From: an uncultured virus (IMG/VR IMGVR_UViG_3300020576_008020)
Lineage: Duplodnaviria > Heunggongvirae > Uroviricota > Caudoviricetes
Virus record (IMG/VR): IMGVR_UViG_3300020576_008020
Strand: one strand, 5' to 3'
DNA: 64,000 nt
Position numbers and translations under genes: made by a program. The notes under the pieces are model-generated. The model saw only the letters and a program-made list of their open reading frames with translations, was not told the origin of the DNA and searched no databases. Shown here piece by piece: positions 49,461 through 58,742 of this stretch. Positions within the stretch are counted from its first letter, which is position 1; the number at the start of each line of letters is the position of its first letter.

Positions 49461-49625
49461 AATGCAGTTTTTGTTGGAACAAATATTTTTTTAAAAAAAA
49501 GGTATTTAGGAGTGGGAACCTGCCCCTCCTACTAAGGACGTACAACCGCCCCAACAAATTTTATCTTATGTCAAAGAACTTTGCGCTAAACCTTATTTTA
49601 GGCTTTGCCTGGTCTAGTGTAATGC
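49461..49625 (-). ncRNA. candidate tracrRNA / guide scaffold or array leader
   Basis: gap between effector stop and array; AGGAG..CTCCT hairpin 49508-49530, anti-repeat-like 49533-49546, boxA-like GTTCTTTGACA 49569-49579. Confidence 0.45.
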
Positions 49626-50825
49626 TTATGCTGGCTTTCCGCTTACCACAGCCGTTACCCCTTCGGCAGATTCTACTATTGCTTCCGGCTCTTTCTCCTC
49701 TTCACCAACTATCTCTACAATTATGCCCACCTTGGCGGCTTTGTACTTTATTTTGTCAGCCAGGTTATAATAGCTCCAGGACGCCAGCAGGAATTTGCCT
49801 TTTTCTGTGCCATCGTGCGTTTGCTCCACAACTTCCTCATAATTGTCCAGTACTATCTTTCCGATGCCGCGCTTGATGCAATAGTCAATTAGCATGCGGC
49901 TATACAGGTGCATGCGGTTGTTGATATAGTTATCTTCGGCTTTTTTAAACCGGTCCGTGGCTTGCATTTTTATGTCGCGACCCTTCCCTCCCTTATTGTA
50001 CTTGCTGGCTTTTTGTATTCTGGTTAGCGCTCCCTTAATAGCCAGGCGTCTGTACAGGTATTCTTCAGCCGTCCCTATATGAAAAAACTTATCTTTCTTC
50101 TCCAGTATAACAATGGGATAATTGAGGCTTAACCGGCAGGTGGCTACTTTTTTCTGTGACAATTTTATTTTTTCCTTATCAAAGGAGAAGACGGTCAGCA
50201 GAAACATTTTCATTTTTCCATTCCTTTTTTCCAGAACCAGGGAGGAATCACAAAGCTTGTAATCTGCCGTTACCAAGGCCCTGTCAAATATTTCTTCGTT
50301 ACGACTCAGGTCTTTACCAAAGTAGGTCTTGAACGGCAGGCCATATACAAAGAAAGTATAGTTACCATCTTCTTCACTTTTTTTCCAGTTGGATATATCC
50401 GCTGCCCGTATTGGCATGGGAATGTCTTTGCGAAATGAAGCCAGTGATTTGCGCCCTGTTTTTACATCAAAAGCATCAGTTTTGTATTTTTTGCAGACAA
50501 GCGTATTAAGACCGCTCAGCATACCCATTGGGCATTCTCCCTTAAATGCTTCGCTGAGCACCCGGTATGTGGTATTGTCCTTGCTGGTGGTCAGGATGCC
50601 ATCCTCATCTTTTTCAATGTTTGCAAGCTTTACCTTTACATTATCTGTAAGATAAAACAGGTCCTTAATGTTTTCCTGTAGGTGCTGGTGTGTAATAATC
50701 CAGTTGGCAGCCCTGTGTACTATTTTTTGCCAGGAAAATATTTTTGCAAAACTTTCTTTAAGCTGCGACTTTTCAACGTCAATGTTGACTTGTACTTTTC
50801 GGGTGATAACTATTTGTTTGTCCAT
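49626..50825 (-). CDS. nuclease-dead Cas12f-like (TnpB-derived) protein
   Basis: ITRKVQV N-terminus, GRKSLASFRKD, GGKGR, HLYSRMLIDYC, WSYYNL..KIKYKA..GI; RuvC-I reads TCRLSL, RuvC-II reads IVLDNY, no Zn finger or RuvC-III. Confidence 0.85.
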   Translation of the reverse strand: MDKQIVITRKVQVNIDVEKSQLKESFAKIFSWQKIVHRAANWIITHQHLQENIKDLFYLTDNVKVKLANIEKDEDGILTTSKDNTTYRVLSEAFKGECPMGMLSGLNTLVCKKYKTDAFDVKTGRKSLASFRKDIPMPIRAADISNWKKSEEDGNYTFFVYGLPFKTYFGKDLSRNEEIFDRALVTADYKLCDSSLVLEKRNGKMKMFLLTVFSFDKEKIKLSQKKVATCRLSLNYPIVILEKKDKFFHIGTAEEYLYRRLAIKGALTRIQKASKYNKGGKGRDIKMQATDRFKKAEDNYINNRMHLYSRMLIDYCIKRGIGKIVLDNYEEVVEQTHDGTEKGKFLLASWSYYNLADKIKYKAAKVGIIVEIVGEEEKEPEAIVESAEGVTAVVSGKPA

Positions 50826-51295
50826 TATTTATCAGTTGACTGTGGTAAAAGGTGATTTATTTCGTCTAACAACTTTCTGGTATTTGCGACAATACGCGGG
50901 TTGCATGTTCCTCTGGTGCCAAGAAAGTCAGCCAGTGATACTGGTTCTTTTACCAGCAATGGTAATTGTGTTTCAACGCCAATGTTAAAAAGGCAGACAT
51001 TGCTTTTTCCGTTGTATCCGGGTAGGCCATTTTCTTCCTGAATGTAATGTATGCGCTTGTCTACATGAAAAGTCATTAAACGCTGTAGCTTGCCATCTAT
51101 ATGCATTCTGTCGTCAAGGTAGCCCCAGCAGCAATCCTTATCAACAATGCAATTAATTGCAAGGATAAATGCATCAAACTCACTTACGTGGTAGGTTTCA
51201 TTTTCCGGCAATGGTGGCAGCGACTCGGTTATCAGCTTCTGTACCTTTTTTGCGTCAATGGGTTGTATCATCAATGTTTCTGCGGTATACGTCAT
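50825..51295 (-). CDS. hypothetical protein, stop overlaps the dCas12f start
   Basis: 156-aa ORF, TAATG overlap. Confidence 0.65.
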   Translation of the reverse strand: MTYTAETLMIQPIDAKKVQKLITESLPPLPENETYHVSEFDAFILAINCIVDKDCCWGYLDDRMHIDGKLQRLMTFHVDKRIHYIQEENGLPGYNGKSNVCLFNIGVETQLPLLVKEPVSLADFLGTRGTCNPRIVANTRKLLDEINHLLPQSTDK

Positions 51296-51304
51296 GTCGT
51301 TATC

Positions 51305-51589
51305 CTATTCTGGTATTTTAATGTTTTTCCCCGCCTCAGTAAGGCGATAAATATTGTGGTTAAGCGTTGTTTCCTTGTACTCTATAAGACCCTTGCTTAT
51401 CAGCACATCCATAGTTCGCATATTAAGCTTCATGGAAAACTGGTTTGTGTCAATAAAGCTGTTGTTTGTAAACCGGGATACTTTAATGCTTGCGCCATCC
51501 TGCTGCAAGGTTTTTATCATGTCCAACTGGGCAGCGCTTAGCTTAGGTGAGGGAGGAGATACTTTATTATTATTATCATTATTACCCAT
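51305..51589 (-). CDS. small winged-helix-like protein
   Basis: LSAAQ..MI...LISKGLI...YRLTEAG. Confidence 0.5.
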   Translation of the reverse strand: MGNNDNNNKVSPPSPKLSAAQLDMIKTLQQDGASIKVSRFTNNSFIDTNQFSMKLNMRTMDVLISKGLIEYKETTLNHNIYRLTEAGKNIKIPE

Positions 51590-51954
51590 TATGCTCCCTC
51601 TATCAGTTTTTTAACGTTGGCGATTACGGTTTTGTGTAGGATAACGTGCTTGCCTGAAGAATTATAAGCTATTTTACCTTCTGCAAGTGCTTTCTCTAGC
51701 GCAATAATATCCGAAGTTCCCAATAGTTTATTGGAAAGAAGTTCGTATTGCTTTTTAAAATCATAGTGGCTGGCCGACATAATACCTCCGTCAGCGGCTA
51801 TTTGAGCTGAATTTACGGTAAAAGAATTGCTGCTAATCCTGGTAATATTTGGATTGTCCGGCAGCGTAAGAATTTTAGCATATAGCTTATCTATAATGTC
51901 GCTTTTTTGCTTTTCTATAAGCTCCAGCGCTTTTTTGTAAGATGTTGTTTCCAT
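51589..51954 (-). CDS. hypothetical protein
   Basis: 121-aa ORF. Confidence 0.65.
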   Translation of the reverse strand: METTSYKKALELIEKQKSDIIDKLYAKILTLPDNPNITRISSNSFTVNSAQIAADGGIMSASHYDFKKQYELLSNKLLGTSDIIALEKALAEGKIAYNSSGKHVILHKTVIANVKKLIEGA

Positions 51955-52004
51955 AATGGTATTTATTGCAGGAATTGTATTACGGCTATGGCTGTAAAAA
52001 ATAA

Positions 52005-52166
52005 TTACTCATCGGTTAGTGTTACTAAAACTTGGCCATCGTCTCCGGGCGAAATAGACTCAATTGCTATTTTTCCGCTACAATCGTCTACGCCATTAAG
52101 GTCAATTACTAATTCTGCATTTGGGTCAAGGTGCCGTAAGTTTGATATTGCTTCTGATACAAGCAT
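52005..52166 (-). CDS. small hypothetical protein (53 aa, not in ORF track)
   Basis: MLVSEAISNLRHLDPNAELVI... Confidence 0.55.
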   Translation of the reverse strand: MLVSEAISNLRHLDPNAELVIDLNGVDDCSGKIAIESISPGDDGQVLVTLTDE

Positions 52167-52200
52167 GATTTTTTGTTTAGTTAATGTTAATGTCTATGCT

Positions 52201-52215
52201 GCAATTACCGTGCCA
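52201..52215 (-). promoter_or_regulatory. sigma54-type promoter heading the run that includes dCas12f
   Basis: TGGCACG-GTAA-TTGC. Confidence 0.8.
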
Positions 52216-52226
52216 AAAATTATTAC

Positions 52227-52913
52227 CTAACCTAAAATAACAACCTCGTTATCGATGCAATGGAGCATTCTGGATTCAACACTGTCCGTAAAATCTCCGG
52301 ACTCTTCTACGGTCTTCAGCAATACCTCCTCTATTTTACCATTTGCGCGGACATATACGTCACGTATCCATGCTTGCGGTATGGAGGGTAGGCCTAAAGA
52401 GGTTTTTGTTATTGCAATTACCTTGCCCTCCGCTTTCCAAAAATCATAAGCGCGCATATCTCCTTCTGTTGTTTGAACTAAATGATTTTTCATTATTGCT
52501 AAACCATTTTCAGGATGGTTTATAATTCCAAATTCATCCGGACCTATTTTATCATCAGAGATAAAACACAAATGGTTTGCTTGCTTCCAATTCGAATCGG
52601 TTGTGCCCTGTCTATGTGGCTCCTGAACGGCTGGCAATGAATTATTGCTGTCTTTAAGTGAAATGACAATGCCATCAGCGGCAGGCACCAAAACCACTCT
52701 TGCCTTCTTTGCCGAATACACCGCAATATATTTTTTCACATCATCCCTGGTCACATAGGCGCCGCCGGTAGATGGCTGGCTATCAAAAAAAGTTAGTTTG
52801 TCCAAATTATCATTGTCTACCCACCCCTCGTCGCGGCTATAGCGGTTCATTACGGCCAGCACGTCCTGCCATTCTTTTAAAGTAATTTTCCGCTCTTCTT
52901 TTGAGTTTGTCAT
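52227..52913 (-). CDS. hypothetical protein
   Basis: 228-aa ORF. Confidence 0.65.
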   Translation of the reverse strand: MTNSKEERKITLKEWQDVLAVMNRYSRDEGWVDNDNLDKLTFFDSQPSTGGAYVTRDDVKKYIAVYSAKKARVVLVPAADGIVISLKDSNNSLPAVQEPHRQGTTDSNWKQANHLCFISDDKIGPDEFGIINHPENGLAIMKNHLVQTTEGDMRAYDFWKAEGKVIAITKTSLGLPSIPQAWIRDVYVRANGKIEEVLLKTVEESGDFTDSVESRMLHCIDNEVVILG

Positions 52914-52924
52914 ATTAAATGTAA

Positions 52925-53428
52925 CTATCCTTTAATAATATGGTCAAAAACCAACTTGCCATCGTCAATCCTTTTCTTGTTTAGCTTTTTTTGCGCAATT
53001 ATGTCGTTTTGCGCAATTATGGTGCTATAATGGCTGTTGTTGACCATTACCTTATAATACTTCATTCCGCGGTAGGTTTCCGGTATCCAGTCGCCTAAAT
53101 AAACAAAATGCTCTTCGGCCCCAATGACTTGCATTAATTCGTCGGGCTGAACGCGGGAAGAGCAATTAGTTGTGATGTACCTAGCCAGCTTGGCCATTTT
53201 AAAAAGATTATCCGGATTGTCCGTTTCTACAATAAATCTCATGGCATACCAGTCATAACCTTCTGCATTGCCCACGGTATACTGAAAGGATATAGTGCCA
53301 ATTGGCTCTAAGGTATCAGAGGTAGGCATATCCGGGTACCGTTTGTCCAGAATCTGAATATATTTCATGATATATCCGTTTTTTGGAGGATGCGTAGTTG
53401 TCCGAACTTTTGTTTTCATTGTCTTCAT
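52925..53428 (-). CDS. hypothetical protein
   Basis: 167-aa ORF. Confidence 0.65.
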   Translation of the reverse strand: MKTMKTKVRTTTHPPKNGYIMKYIQILDKRYPDMPTSDTLEPIGTISFQYTVGNAEGYDWYAMRFIVETDNPDNLFKMAKLARYITTNCSSRVQPDELMQVIGAEEHFVYLGDWIPETYRGMKYYKVMVNNSHYSTIIAQNDIIAQKKLNKKRIDDGKLVFDHIIKG

Positions 53429-53441
53429 ATACCGTTATCAT

Positions 53442-53456
53442 GCAATTCTCGTGCCA
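53442..53456 (-). promoter_or_regulatory. sigma54-type promoter
   Basis: TGGCACG-AGAA-TTGC. Confidence 0.8.
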
Positions 53457-53657
53457 AAAATTATCTTTGAAGGTAAAAATATGTTGGCTCAGTATTATAG
53501 TGCGTGCATATGTATTCCTTGGTCAGGTGTGATGCGGCTCGCATGGGTAGGCCATGAATAAACATGCCGTCAATAAGCCATTCAAGTATTTTGCCTTTTT
53601 CGTGCAAAAGTTGCTGGTAATCAATTTCTTGCGCCTGTTGCGGCATATCCTGTAGTG

Positions 53658-55802
53658 CTAGTCCCATTTTAGATTATGATAATTTTTAGATTTAACCCGC
53701 TTTTCAATCATGCGGATAGCCAGCACATCGTCTTTGTCTATTGGGCGCTTGATAGTATTCTTCCATTTCCACCAGTCAATGCAGCGAATAACGCGCTCCC
53801 TTATATCCTCCATTAAGTACCCAGGCATCTGGCTGGTCAGGGAGCCGGTGAGTAGCTGTATAAATGGCGCCTCTTTTTGCTGCTCCTCCTGCATAAGTTT
53901 TTTGGTGCGCTGGAGGACCGGCATCATGTCCAGGTAGTTGGGCCTGTCAACGCGGGACTCCAGGTAAAAATCAATATCCTCCTCCGATAACCTGTCCCAG
54001 TGCAGAATAAATTTGTCGTCCGGCCATATCTGCCAGCGGACGCGCTTGCTGCGGGTAACAAACCGGCATTGTTCATCATTCCAGATGGTGTCCTCTGGGG
54101 TGTACATGATAGTTAAATGCGGCTTCATGTACGTTACATAATATTCCTTGATATAATCGTCAGTACCCTCAACGTTTTTGCTATGTGGTTTTGTCAATGG
54201 GTCGTCAGGCATATAGTGTCTTAATATATGATTCTGCCTGGTCTTTATTACCTGTAGGACATTTGCTTTCTGCTGCTCGTATTCATCTTCTTTAAGCCAT
54301 TCTGTTTTCTCCTCCTTGTAAATCTCTACATCGTATATCCCGGCGGGTGGAGTGTCCGGCAAGTTGTGGTGATATTTTAGGGAACCAAACAATCTCTCCT
54401 GTTTTTCCTCTTTTCCGTATTTGCCCCAGAAGAGACTGCCATATTCTCCGGTCACAAGTACCCTGCTGCCGTGGGTAATCCCTTCATTTAATTGCTTACG
54501 CCAGTCACTAAAGGTCAGTCTGCCGGATGGTAATGTAGCCTCGTCGTCATAAACAAAGTTTACCAGCTCTTTGGTTTCTTCCAGGTTAAAGATATTTATC
54601 TTGCAAGGTAATGGATGAAATACCTCGCTGCGGTCAATCAGACCCTGCATAAGCATAGCCCTTTTGCGATAATGGTACATCGAATCCTCAAACTTTTCCT
54701 TGTGCTTTTCTTTTTCGTAGGAAGAGCGATGCTCTGATACGTTCATTTCATCAAAAAGCGTCTGAAGTTCTTTGCGTAGCGGGAATAGCCTTGGCAGTAT
54801 AACAAGCTTTTCTGTAAATACCCGGTACAGGCAATCGCCGTTGCGTATAAGCAGGTAAGTGCTGTTTATGTTTTCCTGATTCATAAATGAGCCGCGAATC
54901 GGGTCTCCCTCATTGTAATCTTTTGGAAACCTGCGGGGCCTGAATACGACCATGCCCTTTTCCTCCGGTAATAGCTTTTTAAAATTTTCTCCCTTGCCTT
55001 TAACCAGCCATTCATCAAACCAGTCAATATTAGTGTAATCCAGACCGCCATTTTCCCAGTGCCCTATTTCCTCATCCATATATAATACGGCTTGCCTGAA
55101 GGTAATAGGGGTGTCTACCGGCGCTTTCTTTCCTTCCTGTATGCAAAACAACTCTTCATCAATACCCATGTACAGCTCTATAATGGTAATGACGCGCATT
55201 ATCTTTTTAATTTTCTGACCAAATTCTGCCAAAACTCCGTACATCTTGTCTTTTACGGCTTTCAACTCGCTCATTTGCCGCTGCATTTCCCAGTTTACAA
55301 AAGCGGTAACCAGGACTGCGGTCTGTTTCTTGGCGGTCAGGTCTTGCTGTAGGGCAACTAACGACTCCTTGCTGCCCTTTGACATTAGGGCTGTTTCGCT
55401 GTTTACAATATCGGAATCTGCGTCCTTATATAAACTGATGTCCGCTTTGCCATTTATTATAGCCAGCGCTTTTTCCCGCCAGTCAGCAAAAGAACCCTCT
55501 GTTATTTTCGTATAGTGGTGCCGCTCAATGTAGCTACTAAATTCTTCGACGCTATGTGCGCTGCCATAGCTATCTGAGAATTCATTACAGTCCCAATCAG
55601 TAGCATGGCCATATCCGATATAGGATATTTTACCTTCTTTTTTGTCGACCTTTATTTTAACTATGCGAATAATTTCGCAACGGTCATTTTCATCACAAAT
55701 AAAGGTGTCTCCAACATTGAGGCCATCAAGCCCGGCATCGGTCAATTCCTTTCTGGCTGTCTCTGGCAGGTCGCTGCGCGATATGATAGCTTTGTCTGAC
55801 AT
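53658..55802 (-). CDS. large hypothetical phage protein
   Basis: 714 aa, coiled coil, IELYMG, FRQ..LYMDEE, QGLIDRS. Confidence 0.75.
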   Translation of the reverse strand: MSDKAIISRSDLPETARKELTDAGLDGLNVGDTFICDENDRCEIIRIVKIKVDKKEGKISYIGYGHATDWDCNEFSDSYGSAHSVEEFSSYIERHHYTKITEGSFADWREKALAIINGKADISLYKDADSDIVNSETALMSKGSKESLVALQQDLTAKKQTAVLVTAFVNWEMQRQMSELKAVKDKMYGVLAEFGQKIKKIMRVITIIELYMGIDEELFCIQEGKKAPVDTPITFRQAVLYMDEEIGHWENGGLDYTNIDWFDEWLVKGKGENFKKLLPEEKGMVVFRPRRFPKDYNEGDPIRGSFMNQENINSTYLLIRNGDCLYRVFTEKLVILPRLFPLRKELQTLFDEMNVSEHRSSYEKEKHKEKFEDSMYHYRKRAMLMQGLIDRSEVFHPLPCKINIFNLEETKELVNFVYDDEATLPSGRLTFSDWRKQLNEGITHGSRVLVTGEYGSLFWGKYGKEEKQERLFGSLKYHHNLPDTPPAGIYDVEIYKEEKTEWLKEDEYEQQKANVLQVIKTRQNHILRHYMPDDPLTKPHSKNVEGTDDYIKEYYVTYMKPHLTIMYTPEDTIWNDEQCRFVTRSKRVRWQIWPDDKFILHWDRLSEEDIDFYLESRVDRPNYLDMMPVLQRTKKLMQEEQQKEAPFIQLLTGSLTSQMPGYLMEDIRERVIRCIDWWKWKNTIKRPIDKDDVLAIRMIEKRVKSKNYHNLKWD

Positions 55803-55811
55803 GTATGGTCT

Positions 55812-56555
55812 TTAGTAGGCGTCTATTTTGTCAATCACAAGTATGATTGTTTCAATTGTTGTGCCACTTTCTTTAAAAGCCCCGGCAGGCACATCTTCGG
55901 TATACACATCCATGCTTTGTAGCCACTTCTTAAATTCCAGAGCCTTTCGCTCAGGTCCAAACTGGTAGTGCTTGGAGCAAATGACCGACATACGTCCGCC
56001 GGGATTCAGACAATCGTACATCTTGTAAATATGGTCAATATCCTGATTTTTGGTAAATGGCGGGTTGGCTACAATCCTGTCAAAGGTTTGCGTGCAGGTC
56101 AGGAAGTCGGAGCCCAGCAGTTCAAACTGCGGTATTTTTGATAATCGGCCTTGGTTGAGCGGCATTAATTCATACCCGAATACCTTTTTGTGTGAGCCGT
56201 ACAATTTCAGGATGGCGTTTACCATGGCGCCAGCGCCGGCACTTGGTTCACAAATGGTATCTTTTTCCCCTATGCAGGCCAGTTTTGCAACTCGCTCAGC
56301 CAGGCCATCCGGCGTAGCAAAAAACTGAAATTCTTTTTTAAGGTTACGCTTTTCTCCATTGGCAATTTGTGCCAGCAGCTCGGTAGGGTCTTCCTGGAAG
56401 ACAAAGCCCATGACTTTGCGGCCTACCCATTTCCCGCCAATCAGCTCCAAAGCCTGCGCGACCTCGTTATAAAGCTTGCGCTCCAGTTGCCCTGCCGGGA
56501 GCCGTACAACCATACCGTCAACGGTACATTTTTGTAAAATTTCCTGTTTGTTCAT
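55812..56555 (-). CDS. DNA adenine methyltransferase (class I SAM-dependent)
   Basis: QFFATP, EPSAGAG, DRIVANPPF, FKESGT. Confidence 0.85.
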   Translation of the reverse strand: MNKQEILQKCTVDGMVVRLPAGQLERKLYNEVAQALELIGGKWVGRKVMGFVFQEDPTELLAQIANGEKRNLKKEFQFFATPDGLAERVAKLACIGEKDTICEPSAGAGAMVNAILKLYGSHKKVFGYELMPLNQGRLSKIPQFELLGSDFLTCTQTFDRIVANPPFTKNQDIDHIYKMYDCLNPGGRMSVICSKHYQFGPERKALEFKKWLQSMDVYTEDVPAGAFKESGTTIETIILVIDKIDAY

Positions 56556-56577
56556 TGTTTGTGTGTGTAATTAAAAA

Positions 56578-57225
56578 TTATAAAAGTTCTTTTCTGTCTA
56601 ATATCCAGCGGTTGTCGCTGCCGGAATCCCGAAGCACTACATTTCTTTTTGCGGCCTCAGTTTTTGTCATTTCTTCGCGGTCAAGGGTTCTTTCTTCGCT
56701 ATCGTCTTGCCCGGATGGATTGTACAGAATATGCATTTCTGCTATTTCGGTATCAGCCAATTTTTTCAGAGTGTTGCCAAATTTTTCCGTGGCCTCATTG
56801 AATATTTTTTCTGTGGCTATCCTTGCAATTTGCTCGTTGTGCCAGGTGATGAAATCTATTACGGCAAGGAACGTAGCTTCTTTTTTAGAAGCTCTAGTGC
56901 GTTTTATTCGGAATTTACCAAATTTAGTCCAAATGCAGCATTCGCATGCATTTATAGAAACCCACACCTGATTAATGTCTTTAAGTCGTAGGGCCTCTAT
57001 CTTCTCCACCACAGGCATAAGCCAATCCCATGAGCGGTGGTATGGTGTAAATTGTTCCCAACACCACGGAAGGTCTTGCCAACGCTGTGTTATATGAGTA
57101 TCATTAAAACCCCATCCTTCAAACTGCGACCCGTCCGCAGCGTATATAGTTCTTGTTGCGCAACCCATAAACTCCGCTATCAGCTTGTTACCTTCTATTA
57201 TCTGTTCTTGTGTCATTGTAAACAA
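56578..57225 (-). CDS. hypothetical phage protein
   Basis: GNKLIAEFMG, YHRSWDWLMPVVEKIE. Confidence 0.7.
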   Translation of the reverse strand: MFTMTQEQIIEGNKLIAEFMGCATRTIYAADGSQFEGWGFNDTHITQRWQDLPWCWEQFTPYHRSWDWLMPVVEKIEALRLKDINQVWVSINACECCIWTKFGKFRIKRTRASKKEATFLAVIDFITWHNEQIARIATEKIFNEATEKFGNTLKKLADTEIAEMHILYNPSGQDDSEERTLDREEMTKTEAAKRNVVLRDSGSDNRWILDRKELL

Positions 57226-57477
57226 AATTTAATTATTTTTCTTTTACATCCTCTACTGTAGGGCTGGTAAATGATATTTCAATAGATTTTTGAACTTTTA
57301 ATCTGCTCACACTGCCAAGTATTATATTCTTTATAATACTTTCTCGTATGGCCGTCTCTGTCTCTTCGGCGGTTTTATAATATATTTCTTGTATACAGTT
57401 AGTAACAACAAATCCGTTGTCTATTCGCTTAACAATTATTTTCTCCATCGCTTTTTTTAGTTGATACCATACATAAT

Positions 57478-57492
57478 GCAATTCCCGTGCCA
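57478..57492 (-). promoter_or_regulatory. sigma54-type promoter
   Basis: TGGCACG-GGAA-TTGC. Confidence 0.8.
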
Positions 57493-57497
57493 AAAAT

Positions 57498-57527
57498 TAT
57501 AAAGGCCACCAGATAGCGGCCTTTATA
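57498..57527 (-). terminator. hairpin terminator after DUF932 gene
   Basis: TATAAAGGCC / GGCCTTTATA. Confidence 0.6.
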
Positions 57528-57552
57528 TTAATATTTATTAGCACAAAACGAC

Positions 57553-58683
57553 TTAGTTGTTCTTTGCGTTGAACTTCTTTTCGCTGTAGGGCTTATCAAA
57601 TTTGCTTATCTTTTCTACGTGCTCAATGATGGCGCCCTCTACATCATATTGCAGGTCCGCATGCATGTTTTGGGACTCCCTGGTCACCGCATGCAGAATT
57701 CCGGAGGCGTCATGTACGCCATCGTTGAGAAAGTAGTTCATGATATTTTTTCGGTGGTCTTCAGGTATGGACAATTCCCTGCACACATTTTTTACGGCAT
57801 CCGTGGGGTATTCCAGCTTAATATTACGGGTTGCTGCCACGCGCTCTACCATCTTGCCTAGGTAGTCTTTGTTAAGGAATGTGGCTACGGCATCCTGTAC
57901 CTGGCTGATAATCAGCTCGTAATTTTTATTTCTGGTGCGCTCGCTCCAGATAATTTCTCCCGGCGCCAGACGCTCACCCAGGTGTATTTTACTGAAGCTA
58001 TCGTCTTTAATGGTCAATCCATTGTTGCAGATGGGGGCCACCGCGCGGCTCATAACCTCAAATTTGCCGCAGCCAATTTCTGAGTTGGCAAGAGAAAAGC
58101 CGGACATGATACCGTAGCCAACACCATTATTTCCTTTGCGCATGTAGTCTTTCAAAAAGGCCTCGGCCTGTATTTCTACTTCCGGACATACAACTTGCAG
58201 GTACATGCGCTTTTCCGTAACCTCGGCTTTCAGTATCTCTACCTTTACCCGCATGCGGGAGATGGCCTCAAGTGCTGCATACAGCACATCGTAGTTGTCG
58301 ATGCAGTTGTAGGAATTGGAAAGGAAGGCCCGCGCTATAGCTGTTCTGTCGTCTTTGAGGCAGCGCAGCAGGTACTTGGACACGCCGTCCTCGCGTAGCC
58401 AGGCATTGATGTTCTCTTCAAACAGTGCCGGCCTTTCCACCATCATTTTTTTGAAATATATAAGCGGAATTTCCAGCTTTTTTGCTATCTGCTCATGGCA
58501 AAAGTCGGAAACCTCATATGCGGCAACATCCGTAGGATTTTCTCCGGTCAGAAACAGGTGCTTATCTGCATAGGTAATTGTCTTGGCCGGAGCGATAAAG
58601 TCTTTTTTCTTCTCGTTTTGCTCTTTCAGCGTCGCTTCTATGCTTGTCAGCACATCCTTGGTTCTAAATTGCATCGTACTCAT
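57553..58683 (-). CDS. DUF932-like phage protein
   Basis: QIA.KL.IP..Y, ARAFLSN.Y..IDN, NSEIG.G, C.NGL, HLG. Confidence 0.75.
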   Translation of the reverse strand: MSTMQFRTKDVLTSIEATLKEQNEKKKDFIAPAKTITYADKHLFLTGENPTDVAAYEVSDFCHEQIAKKLEIPLIYFKKMMVERPALFEENINAWLREDGVSKYLLRCLKDDRTAIARAFLSNSYNCIDNYDVLYAALEAISRMRVKVEILKAEVTEKRMYLQVVCPEVEIQAEAFLKDYMRKGNNGVGYGIMSGFSLANSEIGCGKFEVMSRAVAPICNNGLTIKDDSFSKIHLGERLAPGEIIWSERTRNKNYELIISQVQDAVATFLNKDYLGKMVERVAATRNIKLEYPTDAVKNVCRELSIPEDHRKNIMNYFLNDGVHDASGILHAVTRESQNMHADLQYDVEGAIIEHVEKISKFDKPYSEKKFNAKNN

Positions 58684-58722
58684 AGCTGTTTTTTGTTTTT
58701 TTAGTTTTAGAATAACTGTACC

Positions 58723-58737
58723 ACAATTCCCGTGCCA
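58723..58737 (-). promoter_or_regulatory. sigma54-type promoter (variant -12)
   Basis: TGGCACG-GGAA-TTGT. Confidence 0.6.
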
Positions 58738-58742
58738 GACAT

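Noticed and set aside
49337..49876. ORFs across the CRISPR array
   Set aside because: They translate repeats/spacers and the antisense of dCas12f
49626..50825. Active Cas12f nuclease or ordinary IS-encoded TnpB
   Set aside because: RuvC acidic residues and the Zn finger are missing; no IS ends or tnpA seen
51188..51207. Partial similarity to the spacer at 49418-49445 (self-target?)
   Set aside because: Short, gapped, AT-rich match; no convincing protospacer found by eye, and a proper search is needed
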